Below, piece after piece: positions 30,246 through 41,042 of a DNA stretch of 64,000 bases (the stretch's first letter is position 1; the number at the start of each line of letters is the position of its first letter). The DNA is from Oscillospiraceae bacterium (GTDB taxonomy: Bacteria; Bacillota; Clostridia; Oscillospirales; JAVBNY01), in contig JAVBNY010000010.1 in NCBI GenBank assembly GCA_031551205.1, positions 6,113 through 70,112 on the forward strand, read 5' to 3'. The notes under the pieces were generated by a model. It was not told the DNA's origin. It did no database searches and worked only from the letters and a program-made list of their open reading frames with translations. The translations under genes and the position numbers were made by a program.

Positions 30246-31037
30246 ATGCCATACACTGTTTCTTTCCTCTCAAAGCTCGCCGGGGTCACCGCGCGGACTC
30301 TGAGATACTACGACAGGATAGGCCTGCTCTGCCCTGAAAAGCGTACCGCCTCGGGATACAGGCTCTACTCGGACGAAAGCCTCGAAAGGCTCCAGCAGAT
30401 ACTGTTTTTCAGGGAGCTCTGTTTCCCTCTTGAGGATATCGCCGCGCTTTTGGAGAGCCCGCGGTATGACCGCGCCCGCTCGCTCAAGGCGCAGGGCGAG
30501 CTTTTGAGGCAGAAATCGGAGCGCTACCTCGCGCTGGCCGTGCTTGCGGAGGATGCGCTGCGTTCAATGAAAGGAGAGTCCAGGATGGATCCAAAAAAGA
30601 TGTTTGAGAGCTTTGACGCCGGAGAGATGAGGCGTCATCAGGAAAAATACCGTGAAGAGGTGGAGAGCCGCTGGGGCGGGACGGAGGCCTATCGTATTTC
30701 AGCCGAGCGCACCGCCCGCTACAGCGACGAGGATCTGAAACGCATTGCGGCGGAGCAAGAGAGAAGCATGGCGGAGCTCACAGTATGCTATGAAAGCCGC
30801 GAGCCGGCGGGAGGCGATCGTATGCGCGCGGTATGCGGTGAGGCAAGAGCGCTGATCACGAGATATTTCTACCCCTGCACGATCGAAATCTTTGCGAGCC
30901 TCGGCGAGATGTATTCCGCCGACGAGCGCTTTGCCGAAACTTACAACAGCCGTGCGCCGGGTCTTGCGGCCTATTATTCCGAGGCCGTCCGCGCCTACTG
31001 CGAACATGAACTGGCCAAGGAAACACCGCCCGCCTAA
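30246..31037 (+). CDS. MerR regulator with TipAS domain (Mta/TipA-like)
   Basis: GVTARTLRYYDRIGLL, GYRLY, LGEMYSADERF. Confidence 0.9.
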   Translation: MPYTVSFLSKLAGVTARTLRYYDRIGLLCPEKRTASGYRLYSDESLERLQQILFFRELCFPLEDIAALLESPRYDRARSLKAQGELLRQKSERYLALAVLAEDALRSMKGESRMDPKKMFESFDAGEMRRHQEKYREEVESRWGGTEAYRISAERTARYSDEDLKRIAAEQERSMAELTVCYESREPAGGDRMRAVCGEARALITRYFYPCTIEIFASLGEMYSADERFAETYNSRAPGLAAYYSEAVRAYCEHELAKETPPA

Positions 31038-31196
31038 AACGGACGGCAAATCAACACACCCAAAAACAAAGGAACAAAAATGGGAACCCCATTCCTGTAT
31101 GGGCTCTCCATTTTTGTTCCTGTTCATTAGCATATGTGCTTATTTACTCTGGCCGGGGGACTTTGTTTTCCCGGCCTGTTTTCACGTAAAGGCTTA

Positions 31197-34100
31197 TTAA
31201 GGCTTGAGTGTAAATGTAAATGTGTAGCTCGGGAACAGCCTGGGGTACTTTATTCCTTTAACGACTATCGTGCCCTTAACGTCGGGGCTGACCCCAACCA
31301 CGGCGATCGCCTTGTCGCCGACTGGCGCGCAGTCTTTGACCGCGCCGTTTACCGTAACTGTTCCGTTAAACGCTATCACGTCGCCGAATGTGATCAGCAG
31401 ATTGTCGCCGCTGGCGCCCAGGGCAGGTGCCCAGAGGCCTACGGGGGCTGCCCCAACTGCGATGTCGGCGGATTTTGTGACGCTTGCGTCTTCAATGGAA
31501 GCCACTATTTTGTACGTTCCCGCGGGTATAGGCGCCCCAACTTTGATAAGCCCGTATCCTTCGGCGTTCAAAGTGGCGTTGCCCCACGTTTTTCCGCTCT
31601 CATCAACAAATTTGGCGCTTAAAACGCGGCCTTCGGCAAACAAAGTTGTGACCTGAACGGGTATATTCGCGGCGTAACCCGCCACAAGCGTTTCAATACC
31701 CGGCGTCGCTATGCTCACGATTTTCGGCCCGGCAGTGATGTCAGACCCTAATGTGAGCGCGCGCGCGTCGTTCAGATTTTTGCTGTGGAAGCCCATATTC
31801 AGGGCGCAGATCATGTTGCTCGAGCTTGGATAGTTGTAACTCATCGAGAACCACAGCTCATTGCCCTCCATAAGCGGGTCTGTCGCCGCGTTTCGCCTGA
31901 ATGAGCTGAGCGGAACGGCGATGGTGTAGATGAACGTATCGGTGCCTTCAACTCTTTTGATGCTGTAATTGTTATAGCCGGTCGGCAGCGCTGTGGTGCC
32001 CGTGCCGTTGGCCCATTGCCAGTGGGAGGGGCCCGACGCGGTCAGACCAAAGCCATATTCGCTTCTGGCGCCGGTCCTGCCGCTCCAGAGATTAAGCTGG
32101 AAGCCGCAGCCCTGCCAGAGGTTTGAGCCGGCTTTGGCGGCGGTCCAAAGCGGATCTGCAACGACCATGCCCAGATAGACATTAGAAGCGTCATATGCCA
32201 TATAGACGTCCGCTTTAAACCCTTCGGGCGGATACCCTGCCGCGGGGTTAAACTGCATAACCTCCGTGCCTTCCGCACCTGCGGCAAGGGTAAAGACCTT
32301 GTTGCCCCAATCCGCGGGATCCAACGTGCCGTCCATCGGGGGGGTAAACGCAAATTTACCTATGGCGCTTGTCTTTCGTGTGATTGTAATGACATAGTCC
32401 TTCGTTGTTACCTTGTCCTGCGCGGTTACTCTGATGTATCTGACATTGTCGCCTGAAAGCAGCGGGCTTACAATCTTCTGCACTTCAGTCGTATATCCCG
32501 GGTTGCTGTACATAACCCAGGTCGCGTAGTCGCTGACCTTAATCATATCGGTCAGGTCTATCCCGGTTGTGTGGTTCGACACAGTGCCCTTGATGTCCGC
32601 CCCGTCGACTGTAAACAGCGCGCCCGCGCTGACTACGTCGCATTTTGTGCTGGGCGGCGCGTTAACCCTCACTGTGGCTACGCCGCTTGTTGCCGTCGCT
32701 ATTTTGATGGGGCCGGTCGCGGCGTTATTTGTATTTGTGATGACGACGTAGTAGTATACTGTACCCACGTCTGCCGTCGGCAGGTTGAACACCGCGCTGT
32801 CGGCGCCGGGGATAGGTGTGCCGCCGGTGTTTGAGTTTATCGTGTTGCTGTACCACTGGTAGGACATCGTCCCGCTGTCTTTTACAATTGCTTCCACCGA
32901 GAGCTTTGCGTCAATCCCCTGTATCACTGTCACATCCTTGGGCTGGACATTGATGATCGGCCTGCGCGCGTTGCCCTCGTTATTAAAGATCGGTCTGATC
33001 TCCGCTTCGCCATAAGGCATGACGAAAGCGTTGTCGGCAATTACAAGTCCGGCCGGCTTGATGACTTCCCAGCCTTCGAATTCGCCCGTGCCCTCTTCGT
33101 ACGACAATGTGACCTTTGATCCGGCCGCCACGCTGAGGTTCGCGCCGGCATCCTGCAGGTTCCACTTGGCCGCGGCCGTGCCGCCCTGCACCTGGTCAAT
33201 TTTCAGGTCAAAGTACCCGGGAGCGGGAGTGGAGTCGTCAAGGGGAATGAGCTCGATATAGTTAAGATCCAGCCTTGTGGCAAGGTTGTATCCTCTGAGC
33301 TCAATGGTGTTGGTCTCGCCGGGGTTGAGCTTTTTCACGGTGAACTCGACCTCTGTATAGTAAGGAGATCCGCCGTTTTTCGGGAAGTTTATCGCTTTGT
33401 AATCAACGCCGTTTACAAACAGGTTGAGCTTCGGCACGGCGTCCGTCGTTGCATAACGGAAGACAAGCCTCGTGCGGCCGCCCGCTCCGCCGTTCACGTT
33501 ATCAAATGTGATAGTTGTGTTGTTCGCTCCGCAGCCTTTAAGCACTGCGCCGCCGTTGCCCGCCGCCGGGTCGTTTGCTAAAACCGGGGCGGTGCCGGTG
33601 CCGCCGAGAACAGCCTTGTCGGCGCCCAGTTTAACGCCGGTCGGCCTGACATAATCCGGCCCGTTTTTCGGAACGCCGTCAAAGGTTTTGCTGAAGCGTT
33701 GGATCGAGCCGTCTTCATTGAACACTACCTCGTCAATGCAGACAGACCTTTGCTCTCCGATATTCGAGAGATCCTGAGTGTGGTAGGCCCAATACCATTT
33801 CCCTTTGAATTCAAAGATCGAGCCATGCGAAGTTCCGCAGCCTGTGGGATTGAAGAATATCTGTGCGTCTTTCCACGGGCCGAGCGGGCTGTCGGCCTTG
33901 CAGTAATAGAAGCTGTCGCCCGAGAGGCCGTTATAGCTGCCTGCGCCGCCGGGATAGATCAGGTAGTATATCCAGTTGCCGTCTGGGCCTTTTCTTCTGA
34001 AAGCGGACGGGCCTTCGTGATAATTCGTCAGCCTTTTATAAGCGGCCGGGTCGCCGTTGGCGTTTGCAACGGACTGGCTGTCCGACGATACAAGCTGCAG

Positions 34101-34823
34101 CTTGCCGTCAAGCGTAACCATGTCGTCTTTAAGCTTGCCCTGCCAAAGTGTCTGCGCGGCGCCGTTATATATGTACGCCTCTCCGTCGTAAACGCGGACG
34201 CAGACGTCGTACATGTTGTTATAGCCGTCAAGCGATCCCGAATCCCTGATATAGCCAAGCCACGGCTTGCCTTCATTGGCATCCACAGCCTCCGCCGGGA
34301 TCTGCTCGAAGCCTCTGTCGGGATATCTGCTTCTCAGCGCGCCGGTCTCCCATGTTGAGCCCCAGTTATTAACATTGCGCACAACCGGGAAATAGAAATA
34401 ATACCAGCCGTCTTTATATGCCGCGTCGGGGGCCCACATAAAGCTGGAGGCATTTGTCGACGGAGTAATCCAGGGAAGGTCGTTGAGGTCCGAACGGCGC
34501 ACAACCTCGCCCTCGTCCACAAAATCCACCATGTTCTCGGTTGAATAGATATGATACATATCCATGTTGTTGCATCCGGCATACGGATACGGGTCATGCG
34601 ACGGGTAGATATACAGTTTATTGGGGTTGGTGGGCCATACATGCGCCTCCGGGTCAGCCGTGAAGATAGCTTTTACAACAGGGTTCTTCGGCTGGATAAA
34701 CGGCTCGGCGTCGGCCGCCACAGCATTTTGAAAATTGGGGAATACAAACAGCGACAAAACCATTATGAAGGTTAACATACAACTTAACAGTCTTTTGGAC
34801 CCGTATTTTATACTGCTCGACAT
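31197..34823 (-). CDS. Secreted multimodular GH43 glycosidase (GH43, CBM35/6-like, Ig, CBM9-like, unrecognised CTD)
   Basis: Signal peptide, FTADPEAH, WAPD, YHEGP, SHGSI; AGGAGG RBS precedes ATG 34823. Confidence 0.85.
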   Translation of the reverse strand: MSSSIKYGSKRLLSCMLTFIMVLSLFVFPNFQNAVAADAEPFIQPKNPVVKAIFTADPEAHVWPTNPNKLYIYPSHDPYPYAGCNNMDMYHIYSTENMVDFVDEGEVVRRSDLNDLPWITPSTNASSFMWAPDAAYKDGWYYFYFPVVRNVNNWGSTWETGALRSRYPDRGFEQIPAEAVDANEGKPWLGYIRDSGSLDGYNNMYDVCVRVYDGEAYIYNGAAQTLWQGKLKDDMVTLDGKLQLVSSDSQSVANANGDPAAYKRLTNYHEGPSAFRRKGPDGNWIYYLIYPGGAGSYNGLSGDSFYYCKADSPLGPWKDAQIFFNPTGCGTSHGSIFEFKGKWYWAYHTQDLSNIGEQRSVCIDEVVFNEDGSIQRFSKTFDGVPKNGPDYVRPTGVKLGADKAVLGGTGTAPVLANDPAAGNGGAVLKGCGANNTTITFDNVNGGAGGRTRLVFRYATTDAVPKLNLFVNGVDYKAINFPKNGGSPYYTEVEFTVKKLNPGETNTIELRGYNLATRLDLNYIELIPLDDSTPAPGYFDLKIDQVQGGTAAAKWNLQDAGANLSVAAGSKVTLSYEEGTGEFEGWEVIKPAGLVIADNAFVMPYGEAEIRPIFNNEGNARRPIINVQPKDVTVIQGIDAKLSVEAIVKDSGTMSYQWYSNTINSNTGGTPIPGADSAVFNLPTADVGTVYYYVVITNTNNAATGPIKIATATSGVATVRVNAPPSTKCDVVSAGALFTVDGADIKGTVSNHTTGIDLTDMIKVSDYATWVMYSNPGYTTEVQKIVSPLLSGDNVRYIRVTAQDKVTTKDYVITITRKTSAIGKFAFTPPMDGTLDPADWGNKVFTLAAGAEGTEVMQFNPAAGYPPEGFKADVYMAYDASNVYLGMVVADPLWTAAKAGSNLWQGCGFQLNLWSGRTGARSEYGFGLTASGPSHWQWANGTGTTALPTGYNNYSIKRVEGTDTFIYTIAVPLSSFRRNAATDPLMEGNELWFSMSYNYPSSSNMICALNMGFHSKNLNDARALTLGSDITAGPKIVSIATPGIETLVAGYAANIPVQVTTLFAEGRVLSAKFVDESGKTWGNATLNAEGYGLIKVGAPIPAGTYKIVASIEDASVTKSADIAVGAAPVGLWAPALGASGDNLLITFGDVIAFNGTVTVNGAVKDCAPVGDKAIAVVGVSPDVKGTIVVKGIKYPRLFPSYTFTFTLKP

Positions 34824-35107
34824 TATTAAATCCTCCTGTTTCTTCATTCTTCCATGTTCTTTTTCTTTGTAGTCATACGTTCCGATAGTCTTGCAGGGCC
34901 GCGCTCAAGCCGCATAGAGCGCCATTAAGAAACCATAGATCTCCCCTTTCTTTTTGATAGAGTAAGTTACATCAGACACTCCAAATGTAACCAATATATC
35001 ATAAATATTATATAACAAACTACCTGATTAAGCAAATATTTTTTTGTTTTTTTGCAGCATCCGTATAAATAAACAGGGCTGTATCCCGCGTTCAATTTCC
35101 ATCGCCG

Positions 35108-37669
35108 CTACTCCCGTTGTTTCAGCACCTCATCCGGCCCAACAGCTTTTAGCCTATGATCCAGCAGTGCGGAAATAACAACATATGAGAGAAGAATTAG
35201 CCCGAACATCGCGGCATATATCCAGGCGGGCATCGCCATTTCCGGCCCTATCGCTACGTTTGAAATCATATAGGGATATATGCGATCCATCACAAATTTA
35301 GCAAGCGGAACGCCGACCAGAGACGACGCCGCCACGGTAATGAAATTGCCGTCCAGATAGAGCATACGCACTTCGCCGTCATTGAACCCAAATATCTTTA
35401 TCAGAGAAATCCCAAAGGATGAACGGTCTGTCATCATCTTCATCATCAGATACATGACGATAATCAATACCAACACGCTCACTGAAATCATCATGACGAT
35501 CATCGGCGTCAGCAGCTTCAAAAATACATCGCCTGACTTCAGTATGTCGCCCCGCGCGGTGACCGCGTATATCCGTCCCGCGTCTATGTCGGGCATCTCA
35601 TCGGCGAGCAGGACGTTGTAGGCCTTCTCTTCCGCGCCGAATAATCCTCGTATGCTGTCGATGTCCATAAATGCATAGAGCCCCACGGAATAAGGGACGA
35701 CGCGGTCAATCTCAAACACATATCGCTTATCGTCTAGCTTATCTGTCAGGATCACGTCGTCTCCCGCCTTCAAATGAAACTTTCCCGCCATAGAGCTTGA
35801 TATGGTCAGCGTCTGCGCGCCCTTTGCCGGCGAAAAGCCAAAGTACGGGTTGCCCTCGCCGATGCCCAGCAGCGTGACCTCCAGTTCGTATCCATAGATC
35901 TCTTTGCTGAGATTTTTCATATAGCACGCCGCGGCGCCCGCCGGGGCCTCTTTCGGCGGATATTTCAAGCTGACCATATACTCGTATCGCAGATCCTCGG
36001 CGTTTTGCCTCTGCAAGGTTGTGATAAAGCTGTAGCAGTTGACGCCCAGGACAAGCAGCAGCAGCGCGATAAACATCCCGCCGAATACCGTCACAGATGT
36101 CCTCTTCTCGCGCAGAATCTGGCGCACGCGGAACAGGCCGATAAAGCCGAGCCCGTCAAAACGGATTTTTCCTGCCTTTATCTTGGCGTGTTCCCTGCGC
36201 AGCAGCATAAGCGGCGGGCGGCTCAGCCGCCTGCGGATCACATGGGTATTGACGGCGACCGCAATGACAGGCGGCAACAACAGCCCATAGATCAGCAGAA
36301 AGACGGGATAATAAGGAGTCGGATCCGGATATGAAAAGTAACTCGCGGTGTCGCTCATCTGATAATCGATTCCGAGAGGAGAGAGCCCAAGTATGGTGCC
36401 GGCAATGCCGCCCAACGCCGAGATGACAGCCGGCAGAGCGAGATAATGACGCATCAGCTCACCGTGGGATACGCCCATGGCATACAGCGTCCCTATTGCC
36501 TCGCTGTCCTTGTCTATGCCGTGGACAATGAACACCGAGATCACATAGGCGAATAATGCCAGCGCGATTACCCCCGCGATCATTCCCCCAAACCGATTGA
36601 TGGTCACGTCATCCTTTGACGCCGCAATGCGAGGATTATTTTCCGCTTCAATAAACGAGGTCAGGTTCTCAATTTTGTACCGGAACATCTCAAGGTTTGC
36701 CGATTTATCCTGCAATTCCAGCGTCCCCTGCGACAATTTATCAGCGCCTCCCGCCGTCTCATGTATACCGCGCGCATACGCGGCCAAGGCGGTTTGCATT
36801 TCTGCGGGCAGGCCGGAATTACTTAATGCAGCCATAAGCTCCGTCCCGCTGATATCCAGTTTATCCAAGGCGTCTTTCAGCGCCAGGCCGCCTTTCACCA
36901 GTTCTTCGATTCCGTTTAGAAGCTCGTTTTTTGGCGCTTCGAGGTCATCCAGCATTTCTAAAAAATACCGGTCTGTAATAGTCTCCCGGCGGGCGGAAAA
37001 TGCTTTCAATCGCTCTTTCAGCTCCGCTTGCGCCATGACCCCATTCAGGCGGTATGCATACAGATATTCTTCGCTCTGAATGCCGAGGCCGCCCGCCTCC
37101 ATCCGCCTGTAGGCCTTGGAATCCACAAACGCCGTGCCAAAATGACTTTTGTCGGCCGACACATCGGTGATGCTTTGAAGAGGCGAATCGTAGTCGGGCG
37201 AAGATCCGGTTCCCGATACCCTGAAAGATATGCCCCCGACGCGGATGTCGTCCCCGGCGGATATGTTGTGATCAGCGGCATAAAGCTTCTCAAGTAAGAT
37301 TTCTCCGTCATGTCGCGGCAGCGTTCCTTTGTCGGCCTGAGCAGTATCAATTTGCTTCCGAAGCTGAAAAACCCGCAAAACCGTGCCGTTATCCAATGAA
37401 AATTCCAAATAAAACATAGGCTCAATGCTTATCCCGGTCTGTGCAAGCTCATCCAACTGATCCTGCTCGAGCGGCGTAAGCATCGTAAATTGCCCGTCTT
37501 CGCAGAGATTTCGGTCAATGCCGGTTTCCACGGTATGTATAATGGTTTCCGCCGCGCCTACAAGCCCTACCACAACATACATTCCCAGAACGATAAGGAA
37601 AAACAGGGCGAGATATCTTAGGATGTTGGATCTTAGCTCGCGCAGTATTCTTAGCCCCATATTCTCCAC
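35108..37669 (-). CDS. ABC transporter permease (FtsX/MacB-like, duplicated)
   Basis: IGTLYAMGVS and ISLIKIFGF motifs, two TM clusters. Confidence 0.85.
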   Translation of the reverse strand: MENMGLRILRELRSNILRYLALFFLIVLGMYVVVGLVGAAETIIHTVETGIDRNLCEDGQFTMLTPLEQDQLDELAQTGISIEPMFYLEFSLDNGTVLRVFQLRKQIDTAQADKGTLPRHDGEILLEKLYAADHNISAGDDIRVGGISFRVSGTGSSPDYDSPLQSITDVSADKSHFGTAFVDSKAYRRMEAGGLGIQSEEYLYAYRLNGVMAQAELKERLKAFSARRETITDRYFLEMLDDLEAPKNELLNGIEELVKGGLALKDALDKLDISGTELMAALSNSGLPAEMQTALAAYARGIHETAGGADKLSQGTLELQDKSANLEMFRYKIENLTSFIEAENNPRIAASKDDVTINRFGGMIAGVIALALFAYVISVFIVHGIDKDSEAIGTLYAMGVSHGELMRHYLALPAVISALGGIAGTILGLSPLGIDYQMSDTASYFSYPDPTPYYPVFLLIYGLLLPPVIAVAVNTHVIRRRLSRPPLMLLRREHAKIKAGKIRFDGLGFIGLFRVRQILREKRTSVTVFGGMFIALLLLVLGVNCYSFITTLQRQNAEDLRYEYMVSLKYPPKEAPAGAAACYMKNLSKEIYGYELEVTLLGIGEGNPYFGFSPAKGAQTLTISSSMAGKFHLKAGDDVILTDKLDDKRYVFEIDRVVPYSVGLYAFMDIDSIRGLFGAEEKAYNVLLADEMPDIDAGRIYAVTARGDILKSGDVFLKLLTPMIVMMISVSVLVLIIVMYLMMKMMTDRSSFGISLIKIFGFNDGEVRMLYLDGNFITVAASSLVGVPLAKFVMDRIYPYMISNVAIGPEMAMPAWIYAAMFGLILLSYVVISALLDHRLKAVGPDEVLKQRE

Positions 37670-37670
37670 C

Positions 37671-38366
37671 TCAAAGCTCCAGCCGCGCTGCCGGAATTAA
37701 AATGTCGTTTGTATAGTCTTTGGCAATCAGCCCGTCCTTCAGTTGCAGCACGCGGTGCACCATGCCCTTGATCGCGTCGTTATGTGTTACGATCAGCATC
37801 GTGGTGCCGTATTTCCTGTTGATTTCTTCAAGCAAAACAAGTATCTCTCTGGACATCTCCGAATCGAGGGCGCCAGTGGGTTCATCACACAGCAGCAGCT
37901 TTGGATTTTTGACAAGCGCGCGGGCGATTGCGCAGCGCTGCTGCTGCCCGCCGGACAGCTGGCTTGGAAACTTGTGCTGATGCTCATCAAGCCCCAGCGT
38001 CCGAATCAGTTCGTCCATATCAAGCGGCTGTTTTGCCAGATAGCGGCAAACCTGTATGTTCTCACGAACTGTCAGGTTGGGTATCAGGTTATAGAATTGG
38101 AAGATAAAGCCGAGTGTTCTGCGGCGGAACAGCGACAGACTTTTTGCGCTGAGGCGGGTGATTTCTTCCCCATCCACCCGGATAGAGCCGCTGTCCACCG
38201 GGTCCAGCGCGCCGACCGTGTTCAAGAATGTGGATTTCCCCGATCCCGACGGCCCCGAAATCACACACATCTCTCCTCTTTCCATGCAGGCGCTGATGCC
38301 TTTCAACACCTGCACGCGCTGTCCGTTTTCATAGCTTTTCTTTATGTTCTCCACACGAAGATACAT
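37671..38366 (-). CDS. ABC transporter ATP-binding protein (LolD-like)
   Basis: GPSGSGKS, LSGGQQQR, CDEPTGALD. Confidence 0.93.
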   Translation of the reverse strand: MYLRVENIKKSYENGQRVQVLKGISACMERGEMCVISGPSGSGKSTFLNTVGALDPVDSGSIRVDGEEITRLSAKSLSLFRRRTLGFIFQFYNLIPNLTVRENIQVCRYLAKQPLDMDELIRTLGLDEHQHKFPSQLSGGQQQRCAIARALVKNPKLLLCDEPTGALDSEMSREILVLLEEINRKYGTTMLIVTHNDAIKGMVHRVLQLKDGLIAKDYTNDILIPAARLEL

Positions 38367-38475
38367 GGCGAATCCTCCTAAATAACAAATTAGTTAGATG
38401 TGGCTAACTTAACTGCCGAAAGTATGCCCTGTGAATCGCAAAGCCGTCAGACGCTCTCTGTGCGGTGTTGCCTTA

Positions 38476-39081
38476 TCATCCATCGCGCGCCTCCTCGCCA
38501 AACAGGTATCTGAGCAGCCCGTTTGACATTGCGGTGATGGTTTCGTCCATATGCTCCGGCATCATGCAGCCGTCGCTGACGGAGAAGTAGATCGCGTGGA
38601 TGTAGTTGTGGACGACATCGGGCTTAACCCTATTCACATCCAGCCCAGCCAGTGTAATCAGGCTTTCAAAAGCGCGGTATTCCATCTGGCTGAAATCCCG
38701 GATCTCTGAGGGTTGCACGATGGCCAGAAGCTGCTCAAGCTCCTGATGATTACTGAAGAAAAACGCCTTTTCTTTATCGCTGACAAGCGATTGCAGAAAC
38801 TCCCCAATCCTCTGCGGCAGCTTATCCTTTGGGCTGTCCTGAATCAGCTGCCTCGCCTGAGCCAGAATTCCCTGGTAAATCACCCACACAAGCTGCATAA
38901 GCAGATCTTCCTTGTTGGCGAAATAGGCGTAAAATGTGGCTTTACCCACGCCGGCGGCTTTGATCATATCGTCAACACTGACCCTTTTGATACCATATTG
39001 CAGTACAAGCTCTTGCGCCTTTGCAAATATTTTTTGTTTTTGCATTTCTTTTTGCTGATCGGTCAACGCACGTGGGCACAT
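38476..39081 (-). CDS. TetR/AcrR regulator
   Basis: GIKRVSVDDMIKAAGVGKATFYAYFANKEDL. Confidence 0.9.
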   Translation of the reverse strand: MCPRALTDQQKEMQKQKIFAKAQELVLQYGIKRVSVDDMIKAAGVGKATFYAYFANKEDLLMQLVWVIYQGILAQARQLIQDSPKDKLPQRIGEFLQSLVSDKEKAFFFSNHQELEQLLAIVQPSEIRDFSQMEYRAFESLITLAGLDVNRVKPDVVHNYIHAIYFSVSDGCMMPEHMDETITAMSNGLLRYLFGEEARDG

Positions 39082-39106
39082 ATATGTTTCTCCTTATATA
39101 GACCAT

Positions 39107-39159
39107 ATAATAATAACCGGTCTATATAAGATTATACAGACCGGTTATTATTATGTCAA
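39107..39159 (-). promoter_or_regulatory. Consensus sigma-A promoter overlapped by a TetR operator inverted repeat
   Basis: Minus strand TTGACA-17-TATAAT; inverted repeat TAATAATAACCGGTCT..AGACCGGTTATTATTA. Confidence 0.8.
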
Positions 39160-39433
39160 GGAAATTATTATAAGGGCACCTCGAAAACCCCAAAGAAGCA
39201 ATCAGGTGCCGAATGGAGATTGGCTTTATGATATTCTAACCGAAAGGCGGAGCGGAAAACGTCATACCAGTATTCTCACGGCACAGCCAAAAGCAGGTTG
39301 AAAGGCCATAATTGCAGCCGCGCGGACCGGACTGCCTTTTCCCGCATATAATGGTGTATTATGGGGCCGCCGGGCCGAATGGCCTTGCGTTTCACATAAT
39401 CCATTAGAGCGTAAAGGGAGAGAACATATAGAC

Positions 39434-40960
39434 ATGACTAAAAAAAGCGGGATTTGGATCGCTCGAATCGCAATGATTGCTGTCGCTGCGGCCGTATTTA
39501 TTTTTATTTTTGCGGGGTGCGGGCCGGACGAAGACTTTAACCTAACAATCGTTTATCCATCTCTCGAGCAAAAAACGATAGCTCCCGGCAGAGATTTTTA
39601 TGTTATCGGCAACATCGACCCTTCCGTTACCGTGCCGGATGACGCCGTCTTAACGGTCAAGCTAAAAAACAATGCGGGCGCGGTGATCCGGTCGGTATCC
39701 ACGTCGATTAAGGATAATAAAGACGGGCTGAACATTAATTACGAGCTGCTGAGTTATTATGGCAGCGACCGCGGCCAGCTGAAGGATTCCTGCATGCCGG
39801 ATCTGGTATATGATCCGGAGCGCCCGGAGAGCTTTAATGACACCTGGATCAAGTGTTATTATAACGACCAAAATTTCACAGCGCTGATCTATGGCGGAAC
39901 GTATGACAAGGATATAAACCCTTATGACCAAAACGGAAAGGCTTTGAAGCCGCTTAAGGAGGGGATGTATTACATAACGGTCACTCTGTCGGAATCCGAA
40001 GGGGGCAAGCCTCTCGGGACTATAACCCGCCAACAGAAAATCACGTATGCGGACGACAAGGTTCTCTCCCGTTTCACGCCCGCAGCGCATTTTGACAAGG
40101 TGCTGGAAGAGGCAAAAACGCATGATTACACCGTGTTCCTGGATCCGTTCCCGGGTTTCTGGAATCCGCACACATTTATAGGCACACTAAAAGACAGCGA
40201 CATGTTCTGTGAGATACTGCCGAAATGGCGGCTGGCCGACAGCCAGGAATATATCGGCGGGCGCGTACATTTTTATATCTATAACATGTCTCAGTCAAGC
40301 GCCACCTACAATGTCGAGGTGGGGCAGCTTGCATATGACAACGCGATCAACAACCGCTCACGCGTGGCGTACTTGTATTATGATATCGGCGAGCCCTTCT
40401 TGCCCAACGGCAATATTGAGGGGAATTTCAGACGATTTACTGCCGATAAGCCGGTTGCATTTACGCGCGCCGACTATCCAACCGGCAGCTCTGTAGACAA
40501 CTATGTGAATATAAGCGACCTTGAAAATATGAAGAGTGACACGGATTTGTCCGATGGAATCAGTGTCAAAGCCGAAGAAACTGTGTCCCTCTACGGTGTG
40601 TGCAAGCCGATACCGAGCGAAGTGACACGCGACGACAGCAATAAGTATACGATTTCCAACCGGATAACACAGATTCGCTATACGTATGTATACTGCGGTA
40701 CGAAGACCCAAATCTTCCGCCCGGTAACTCTCACGCGTGTTTACCCGGAAAGCGATTTCCATTCCAGGTTGGAGCTCATGCGAGAGGGCGTCTTTGATAT
40801 GAATGCCGCTGCCGTTTCCTCCTCGGTTCTGGAATTCAAGCACGATTTTGTTTTCCCCAGGGAGCTTAAGGGGCAGCAGGTGAAGCTCAGGGCATCCGCA
40901 ATGGACAAAAATTCAAATATTATTGGGGAGTATGCCACCGTTACCGTAAATGTAAAGTAA
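39434..40960 (+). CDS. Hypothetical lipoprotein
   Basis: Signal peptide with FAGC lipobox; 508 aa. Confidence 0.7.
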   Translation: MTKKSGIWIARIAMIAVAAAVFIFIFAGCGPDEDFNLTIVYPSLEQKTIAPGRDFYVIGNIDPSVTVPDDAVLTVKLKNNAGAVIRSVSTSIKDNKDGLNINYELLSYYGSDRGQLKDSCMPDLVYDPERPESFNDTWIKCYYNDQNFTALIYGGTYDKDINPYDQNGKALKPLKEGMYYITVTLSESEGGKPLGTITRQQKITYADDKVLSRFTPAAHFDKVLEEAKTHDYTVFLDPFPGFWNPHTFIGTLKDSDMFCEILPKWRLADSQEYIGGRVHFYIYNMSQSSATYNVEVGQLAYDNAINNRSRVAYLYYDIGEPFLPNGNIEGNFRRFTADKPVAFTRADYPTGSSVDNYVNISDLENMKSDTDLSDGISVKAEETVSLYGVCKPIPSEVTRDDSNKYTISNRITQIRYTYVYCGTKTQIFRPVTLTRVYPESDFHSRLELMREGVFDMNAAAVSSSVLEFKHDFVFPRELKGQQVKLRASAMDKNSNIIGEYATVTVNVK

Positions 40961-41042
40961 CGGTGAGCTCTGGGCCTGTCCGCGAGGCGCTCACCCGGAA
41001 CCATATATCCTGAACATATACGCTTTATTGGAGAATCTGACG

